In this document: positions 49,901 through 58,017 of the stretch, piece by piece | How positions within the stretch are numbered: position 1 is the first letter of the stretch | Layout: the number at the start of each line of letters is the position of its first letter | Assembly: GCA_009602725.1 (NCBI GenBank) | Contig: WELB01000011.1 | Location: 462,597-520,613, forward strand | DNA: 58,017 bases | Direction of reading: 5' to 3' | Origin: Spirogloea muscicola | Taxonomy: Eukaryota | Made by a program: the position numbers and the translations under genes | The notes under the pieces: model-generated | What the model saw: the letters and a program-made list of their open reading frames with translations, nothing else | Databases searched by the model: none | What the model was told of the DNA's origin: nothing

Positions 49901-52900
49901 GTGAGACAGGGCGAAGCAAGACCCCTGCCAGGCTCATGGCAAGAAAGGCCACGCAGTTTGCACATCATAACACCATATTCAAGCAGTAAAAAGTTGGTAG
50001 CTAGGACTCTTCATGCAGCAAATGCCTTCACGGAGCTGCATCAGTCTGATTCTATGGCTTTCACAAAGGGCAGTCCTGTGAACGTGAGGTACATCCAAGC
50101 ACTGCAAAGGCTGCAGTCCTCACCTGATCAAGGACCGTGCCAAAGACTATCTCTACACTGTCTGCCAGGGCAGTAGGCTGTACAAAGAGACAAATGTAAG
50201 GCTGGTGTTCAAATACAGTCACCAGCATAATGCCTCAAGGTAAGCCTCAAGGTGAGAGATGCTGATAGCCTTCACATGTCAATATGATAGCAGACTACGG
50301 CGCTTGCTCAACGTGCTGCCAGGCTCCTGCCTAATGATCCTAAGGGGGGGCATCAACCTCGTGTATGAGCAGTAGGCTCCTTGCAACAGCCTCCTCGTTC
50401 CACCTCACAAACTCGCTCACAACTCCCACCGACAGAGCGGGCTGCGCTCCCGAGCTCAGGCCGGCAGGGCCTAGGCCACCCCTTGCCCTGGCTCCCCTGA
50501 TCAGGCTTCCGCCGTGCAGCGCTTCGGCCTTCAGTTCGATGTTCTGCTTTCACAGTAGCACGATCAACAAGAGGACCTTACAACAACGTCAACTAGTTAT
50601 TACAATCAAACCCTTATGCAATCTTGACTACTGCTTACAAAGTGAATACATGCTGGCACGTTCATGACAGCCTGGCCAACAATGAGGTAGTACATGGTCT
50701 CATACCTTTAAATCAAACAGCTGCTGCAAGGAGTTGAGTTCTCGTTGATGATAGGTCTTCAGGTGGCTTGAGAATAAGGACTCGGCAAGACCTTCACATG
50801 TTGAACGAGAGCCCCCTTTGGCCATGTCAGTTATCTACTTTCTAAGAATGTACCACAAAGTCCAACCATGAGGGCATGCAAGTAAGGACCTTCTACGTCC
50901 AGCTCGCCGCATCCAAGGCTCTTCAGCTCCCTAGCCAACTCCTGAGTCCTCTCATAAGCAGCTGCAAGTGTTCGCAGGTACTGCATAACAGAAATACAAC
51001 AAAACACCAGTCATGCCAGGGAGCTTGCATGCTGTTGCTCGCCACAACAATTTTTACCCCGGTACCAACAGCGTGACATATTCAGTAACACTAATCAGTA
51101 CAAACCACTCTACGTCAAGGTAATGAAATTCAATACAATCCAACCCAACCCATCGCAACTCATTCCAATCTAACCAAACCCCATCAAGTAGACGTTTGAA
51201 ATGCATGTGACATATTGCTTCTTGACCACCGCCTAACTCAATGCATGAGATCCCCCTCAGTGCCACTCAATGGATTCACAGCAAGGGCACTAGCTTTGAC
51301 ACTCACTGTCAGGAAATCAAAGCCCTGCGCCTCCTGCTGTTGATAGTCAGGGAGCATCTTGTCCAAGACATTGTATATTCTCTGCTCCAGAATACGTGAG
51401 ACGAGCAGGGACATGACAATATCTGGTGATGGGAATACTGCAGCAACTGTAGTTGCTTCCTTTTTCACCGTTTCTGCACAAACATCAGAAGCTTTGAGAG
51501 CTTAAGAATTACCCTACTAAAAACATGGAGTACAAGGAAACCCAAACACGGAACCCTGTCCTGAACACCTCTTCACCAACTTCTGTGGTCAAGATGACCC
51601 AATTTTCCTGCTCACCTACAATCTCTTTGTACAAGGTTGACAAGCCCCTGGCAGGATTGTGAAAGCCAGCATTTGCCGCTCCTACTGTATCTCCAATGGC
51701 CATTCGATAGTCACTGTTGACGATGTCAAAGTCCATGAACATCGGCCTGGAAGCTACATATCTATGCATAGCACTGGTTCCTCTATTGAACTGCACTTCA
51801 GAAAGAATGCAAGCAAATCTTTACTCAAAATCCAGTGAACCTGGACGCTGTTGCACCCAAAGTGAGCTGCATTGCAGTGTGCACAGTGCAAGGTGAGTGA
51901 ATTCGCCATGGCAGACACTATGAGCACTTCTCCATGATGCCTGCTCATACTGGAGACAGCTAGCCGACCTGGTTCAGGATCTTGGCACACTGTGCCATTG
52001 TGGCCAATTCCCGCCTCTGTGAGGCAGCATCAAACTTCGCGAGCAACCGGTTCTCCAACTCTGCAGGTTGCCGTGAATATTTCATCATGAGCCTCTTGAC
52101 ACTGACTATGATTGCTAATTCAGAAGGAGTCCAAGGGGATGGAAGCAGGACCCTCCTTGCAAGAAAGAATCTTTCCAGAAACGGTACAGACCACATCGAC
52201 TAGCAACAGAGCTTACCATTGCAGTAGTCCTGCAAGTTTCCCACTGCAACTTCCAAGCCTGGGCTGGCTACTGCAACACCCTTCACTCGCCCTTCCCCAG
52301 CCAGCTGTAGACTTGTTGAATCCTCTTCGGCAAAAGATCCTGGATGAAGAATGACACCCAATCTAAGTGTGCATCCCAAAGTTGCAGCTTGAGAAAACGC
52401 AGCTTATATGACATGCACAAATCCAAGGGCTGGAGGCACATGGCAAAGTACTGAGTTTTTGAGAAAGTGCTGCCGCCTCTGCAACTCGCTTGTCGTCAGA
52501 AAATACTGGTGCCAACCGGAGGAGGTCGCCAGGGCTGTTGTTGAAGTCCATGAGATACTGAGACAAAGAGCAGTGCCAAGTGTAGCGTGTGCAGGAGTTA
52601 TAGGTACGCAAGTCGTGCAGAAGAATGGCATCCTAGTGGCAATAGCAAAACAGAGGTCACTGGCAGAGCAGGAGCAGAATAACACATTGTAATCTGGGGG
52701 CGAGCTGCTACTGCAGAGAAAGCTGCCTGCTCAAAGAGAAATGCCAGTCACACCAGTGGCGTACCTTGATGGACTCAATCAGCTGGCATGCTGCCTCCCT
52801 CTCAGAATCAGCACTCTGGAACATCGAATCAGACCCATACTTAAGCAATCTGCTTGTCAAGCCTCAGTGCAGGCTCCTTGCACGCAAGCACTTCTTGCTT

Positions 52901-54083
52901 GAACTACCTCTGCAGGCCGAGCTCAATCTTCAGCAGTTGACTAGCATTCCCTCTGTTTGGAGACTTGTTGCACATCAAATGGTACGACATTGCACCTGCA
53001 AGTGATCCCCGATGCGGGCAGCTGTTTGGCTGACCCCAGAGATGCGCGTGTCCAGGCGCCCAAAGTTGTGAAAGAGGACGTCCACGCCCTTTTCAAGCTG
53101 CACACATCCTCACAAATCCACGTACTGCCAGTAAAGAATTGGAGATAAAGATTGGGCATAGCAGCAAACATGCCGGGAGTCTGGCAAAGGGCGCGACAAA
53201 GCGTGGACGGGCACCTCAGTCAGCGTCTTCTTGTGCTCGTAGTCCTGCGCCGACACCTCGCTCTGCAGCTTCGATAGGCTGTGGTCCACCTGCATGTGCC
53301 ACGCGCTGCGTCGCCAATGTGAGCGTCACTCTGCGCAAGACCTGCCACCCAACTTCTGGTGGATAGGCGCCCCGCGCGTCGTTTCGACAGCAGGCCAACA
53401 GGTCAAGCGCTCAGGCATCAGTCGGCGTCTCACATTCAGCCCCGCGGACCCCAGTGCTCCTGTCTGTCGCATTCTAGGGTTTAAGGACGACAGATGGCCA
53501 GAAACGGTTGTGGTTTGTGTAGACTGTAGAGCGCTTCGGCCGTTTGGTTACGATGCCGGCATTGTGTGCCGCCGCTGCGGCCGCCGTCTGCTGCAGGCCG
53601 CTACCGGCCTGCTCGGCCCGAATAGTGGGCCGGCGACGTTCGTTCGCTCGTCACGACCAGGACCGGCTTCGGGGCTCCCCGGGGGCTCCCGCGGCTCTCA
53701 CCTGCTCGCCGATGCGCAGCAAGTCGCGCCGGACGTCCCTGAAGACGGGGAGCAGGCGCTCCACCTCGGCGAAGGACGGGCCCGGCAGGCCGGCCCAGCC
53801 GCCGGCGGCGGCGGCGCCGCCGCCGCCNNNNNNNNNNNNNNNNNNNNNNNNNNNNNNNNNNNNNNNNNNNNNNNNNNNNNNNNNNNNNNNNNNNNNNNNN
53901 NNNNNNNNNNNNNNNNNNNNNNNNNNNNNNNNNNNNNNNNNNNNNNNNNNNNNNNNNNNNNNNNNNNNNNNNNNNNNNNNNNNNNNNNNNNNNNNNNNNN
54001 NNNNNNNNNNNNNNNNNGGCGGCGGCGGCGACGCGGCCGCGCGGCGGCGGCGGCGGCTGCTGCGCGTGCAGGAAGTCGCGCAT
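46906..54083 (-). CDS. SEC10: Exocyst complex component SEC10 (EXOC5), multi-exon; 5' region contains an assembly gap
   Basis: FGRLDTRISGVSQTAARIGDHLQ, YLMDFNNSPGDL..FSDDKRVAEAAALSQKL, ELENRLLAKFDAASQRREL, FNRGTSAMHRYVASRPMF, AAVFPSPDIVMSLLVSRILEQR, GGLRLKRDVTEY, LVNLFIVAPESL and LREDYKSAKI. Start ATG (MRDFLH) is tentative. Confidence 0.93.
51123..51186. repeat. Degenerate pentanucleotide microsatellite (CAAYC-like) in a SEC10 intron
   Basis: aattc aatac aatcc aaccc aaccc atcgc aactc attcc aatct aacca aaccc. Confidence 0.7.
53828..54017. other. Assembly gap (N run) flanked by GCC/GGC triplet repeats
   Basis: About 190 N directly visible. Single-N joins also occur near 4576 and at 10381. Confidence 0.98.
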
Positions 54084-54146
54084 CGTGCGCCGCGCTCCCC
54101 GCCGCGTTCCTCGCCGCCCCCCAAGTGGTGGGCTTTCTTGGGTCAC

Positions 54147-54188
54147 GTTAGGGTTAGGGCCAGGTTAGGTTATGGAGGGTTAGGTTAA
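54147..54188. promoter_or_regulatory. Telomere-like TTAGG(G) motif cluster in the short divergent intergenic region
   Basis: gttagggttagggccaggttaggttatggagggttaggtta lies between the divergent ATGs at ~54083 (-) and 54323 (+). Confidence 0.45.
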
Positions 54189-54322
54189 ATTAGCCATCGT
54201 CCTTTACTGCGTTACTGTGTGCCATGCCATTTACCAATTTGGGGGTTCAGGGTTCGAGCAGCGGGACCCCCAGTTGCGCAAAGCCGTCAGCCCGAGAAGC
54301 GGGCGAGCGCGGCAGTGGAGCC

Positions 54323-54998
54323 ATGGCGCAGAGCTTCCGCGTGCGCGGGGCCGTGCTGGCGCGCCGCGACTGCACCTTCGCCGACGCCGCGGACTACCTC
54401 GCCGCCTTCCTGGCGCGCGCGGACGCCGCGCTGCTGGAGGCCGCCGGCGTGCGCGCCCACCTCGCCACCATGGCTGCAGCCATGCGCGCCGTCGCCAGCG
54501 GCGGCGACACTGGCAGCTGCGGCGCTGCAATGCCGCTTGCTGAGGCATCGCAGGAGCCTCCAGTGGCATCGACGGCGAGTAAGAGCAAGAGCAAGAAGAG
54601 GGCGGAGAGGGCAGACCCACCAGCAGTGCCGCAGGAGACGGGGAAGAAGCGCAGAGGCCAGGAACTGGAGGCTGCAGCCGCGAGCGGACCTGAGGGACGG
54701 GAAGGACATGGGATGGAGGGGCTGCCCACGACGGCAGAGGTCAAGGTGAAAAGGAAGAAGCGGCCAAAGGGGGAGGAGGAGAAGGGGTTGCCTGAAGGGG
54801 TTGCCTGAGGTGCGGCAGCTGCCAGGGCCGAAGACAGCAGGCAGCACACCTGCCCCAATGACAGTGAAAGTGGAGGAGGAGGAGCAGAAGAGGAGTATTG
54901 CAGAAGAAGGCAGGACTGAAGCCAAACGGCTCCGCAGCGGACCGACCCAAGCAGAAGCGCACGTAGGGGCCTTCCACAGGCCCTCGGCGTGCCTGTGA
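54323..54998 (+). CDS. Small intronless Lys/Glu-rich protein, truncated at 54808 by a 13-bp tandem duplication
   Basis: MAQSFRVRGAVLARRDCTFADAADYLAAFLAR..AHL.. followed by a K-rich low-complexity tail. GAAGGGGTTGCCT occurs twice at 54781-54806; removing one copy joins ORF 54801-54998. Confidence 0.6.
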
Positions 54999-56023
54999 GC
55001 ACGGCACAAGCTCGTGCTGCTGGACTCGAGCGTCGGCCCTGCCAGTGTGCAGGACCCAAGCAGCCCTGCAAGAGGAGGAGCAGCCGTCCCCAAGGATCAT
55101 CCAAAGCTCAGCACGAGAGTCCAGCTGCAAGGAGCAGAAGTGCAGCTGCCCAGAGAGGTCAGCAGGACCTGACCCTGAGGTATCACACCTCAACCCTGGA
55201 CTTCGCAGTTTCTTGACATGGACGTTGCACTCTAAAACAGGAGAATGCGCGCCAGGCGGCTATGGTCAAGGACGTTGGCTGCACGGCGTCTGACTGCCAC
55301 AAGGGTTAGGGTGTAGGGTTTTGGGCTTACCGGGTTCAGGTTTAGGGTTTCTGTCTTGCTGTAGGCGCCCCACCTCACGCCCCAACCCCGCACTCTCTCC
55401 CCCTGCTCACATTGATCACATTGCAGGCTGGCAGGGCCAGCAGCAGCCACTGGGTATCCACCGCGCATTTCATGGGAGTCAAGCGACACAGGCTGGCGTG
55501 CAGGCAGAACCACGCCAGCCTTGACATTGTTTATACAACGGAAGCCCTGTCTGACGAGCCACGCCATCGCTGGCAATGGCAGCTCGATGGGCCGGATCAT
55601 AAGGAGGTGCGTAGCAAGTTGTTGAGATCTATGTGGAACACTCAACTGTCCACAAATCATCGCAGAGCCGCCCGCAGGCCTGGCAGGCCACAGCCAGCGA
55701 GGCCTCTGGCTGCAGTCTCAATACTACCAGAATGCGATATAGCTAGAGGCACTCTGTGAACAAAGAACTCTGATCGCAGCCCTGCTGACTGAGCAACGCG
55801 CCCGTCAAGGCGATCACCACAAGCTCCTGACGCTGCTGGGCCGGTGCCGCAGCAGTGCTGGCAGTTCAGGAGGAACACGGCAAGGCTAGAAGGGCCAACA
55901 GCGGGTGGAGAGAAGGCCGGAAGAAATTCAGGTGGCCAACAAATGTGCAGTGTGGCCAGCAGAGCCCAAAAGAATGTTGTGACGGTGAGAGGAGGTGCAC
56001 TTGCTTGCTCGCCGCCAGGCTGC

Positions 56024-57979
56024 TCAAAACTCGAATTCTCCCTGGGCCTGAAGGGCAGTATTCAACATAAGAGAATCAGCCCGAATGTGATGTAGTATAA
56101 ATCGTCACATACTGTGCCACTGACATTAAGCCGTCCAGATCCTGTAGGCATTTGGTGCTTGGTCACCCAGCTTCATTTGTGCCAATGCGGCACACTACAA
56201 TGCCCATATGCCCTTATTGGCTATCTAACGCAGTGGCAGCACCCTATGACGTACATGATTTGCACAATAAGGGCCTTGCCTCTTATTCTTACCTTGACAA
56301 ACAAGATGTCTTTGCCATTGAGGTTCATGACGCCATCCTTGAGCGTGCATCTCCACTTATTTTTGGCTCTTGACACCTGTGCATTGCAGCGCCAAGTCAG
56401 CTCCACTAGTTGCTCAAGTTGAATATCCAGATTGCCCTGATGCTAGTCTTGGCCAGCATGTGGGGCATCAGCCATTCGGACCTTGTCAAATTGCGCCAAA
56501 ACCAGGTGGTCAGTTGCCGGCTCCTCCTCGCCCTCTGGGCCATCCTCCAGGTCGTCCTCGTCGTCATCCTCCCCTAGTGGCGGCTCTGAATCGTCAGAGG
56601 CTTCAACTACTCCGCTGCCGCCGCCGTCTGCGGCAACTGTTACTTCTTCAGGAGCGTCTGCAAAGACCAGGCCCGATTGGGAGTCTCAGCAAGGGAGATA
56701 TACAGGCAATCGGCTTTCTGTGCACCTCATCCTGCCGCAGTTCCAGTTATGAGCTTTTTGACAATTTGAGAGAATGGCTGTGCACGTGCATACTCTCTTC
56801 TGCTTCGGGCTCGTTGTAGTCCTCATCGGGTCCCTGTCAGAAACACGCGGGCAGACTTGGATGAGATGATCAATGCAGTCAAGACTCTGACCAGACTTTT
56901 GTTCAGTCTGGTTACAAGCAGCATACAGCAAAGTTCCGTGTTGTCCATGCTGAGCCAAAAGGGCGTCCTCAGTACCTCGTCATACTCTTCGTCCACCTGC
57001 GGCTCGTCGGAAGTGCCGCCATTGATGCGCATGATGTCTGTAGTGGTGGACGCCAACTGGCCTAGCGCCTGCCAGCCGGGCCGCGAGAGGTTGGCAGTGG
57101 CAGCAGCCTGAGATGGTGCTGCCTCCCCAGCCTCCCTCTTTCGCTTGCGCTCCGCTGAGTCGAGAAGATCCTGAGGCCAGGAGCAGACCAGCAAGCAGAG
57201 CCCTTTGAGTGTTAATGAGCAGATTTCAGCTTCACAACAATCACCCCAACAATAGGTACACAAGCTAACAGCCACGCTTCATGGCACAAAGACTAGGATG
57301 TGCCAAAAGAGAAGGTTCCCAGCTTCAATTATCTACTGAAAGTTGCAGATTATCATGCAGTCCCTTTCTGCTTTTGCGGACTTGAATGGACCCGCTGAGG
57401 CGAGCTCATCACAACAATGGACTGCTGTGTGCAGCTCTTGTGGACGGCACCCACCTGCGTGACCCCGTTGGCCGCAGTCGCCGCCGCGCCACTTTCTGTC
57501 GTCACTCTGTGACCTGCCGAGCCGCCCAACCAGCCAAGAGGCTTCAGACAACTGCAGGAGCACACCCCGCCAGCAAAGCAGTGACGTGCAATTGCCATTG
57601 CCACAGGACACAGAGAGACACAGAAAGCACGTGGAAGTCTGCGACCCCGTCTTTGCTGAGGGAGTATGCTGAGGGAGTACCTTCTCGCCCCCCGGACTGC
57701 GTGGCCCAACTGGCCGGCCGCTGCAGATGGAGCAAGGCGAACACAGAGTCATGGACGGGGCCAAGACGGGCCGCGCCATGCTCCTGTTGGTGACAGCGGC
57801 AGTACATGGTGCTGCGAGCCGGCGAGGCGGGCAGGCGCCCCTCACCATGAAAGGCTCCGGGCGTCCATCGCGCTTCACGGCCGCGCGCCGGCCGTCGCTG
57901 ACGTCGTCGTCGTCGTCGAGCGCGTACTGATACACTACCGGCTCCCGCTTGACGCCGCCGGCGCCGCCGCCGCCGCCGC

Positions 57980-58010
<31 letters not shown>

Positions 58011-58017
58011 CAGCTGA
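56024..58017 (-). CDS. Transcription initiation factor IIA large subunit, 5'-partial
   Basis: C-terminal exons: acidic region..DHLVLAQFDK-VSRAKNKWRCTLKDGVMNLNGKDILFVK-AQGEFEF*, the diagnostic TFIIA beta C-terminus. Upstream DGRPEPFM-RPASW is plant-like. Confidence 0.94.

Overview
Intron-rich, GC-rich eukaryotic nuclear DNA. The plant-like gene set (two pectin methylesterases, plant-type SEC10 and TFIIA-L) and (GCC)n-rich 5' ends suggest a streptophyte alga; this is inference and is not verifiable here. Spliced genes reconstructed by eye: COX5B (+, 5'-partial), PME-1 (+), a HAD-like hydrolase (-), a DUF948-like plastid-type protein (+, 5' lost at an N), a ~13 kb multi-exon bacterial-type alpha-2-macroglobulin-like gene with a C-terminal EGF module and TM anchor (-), OPA3-like (-), PME-2 (-), SEC10 (-), a small Lys-rich ORF cut by a 13-bp duplication (+), and the TFIIA large subunit (-, 5'-partial). 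Intergenic DNA is filled with 5'-truncated non-LTR retrotransposon ends of the restriction-like endonuclease (REL, CRE/R2-type) class. They are nested in each other with clear 7-12 bp TSDs, and there is one solo LTR. The two most interesting signals are (1) the membrane-anchored, apparently thioester-less A2M-like protein and (2) a co-varying double-hairpin RNA element shared by otherwise different retroelement 3' UTRs, present about 25 times and seen only between genes.
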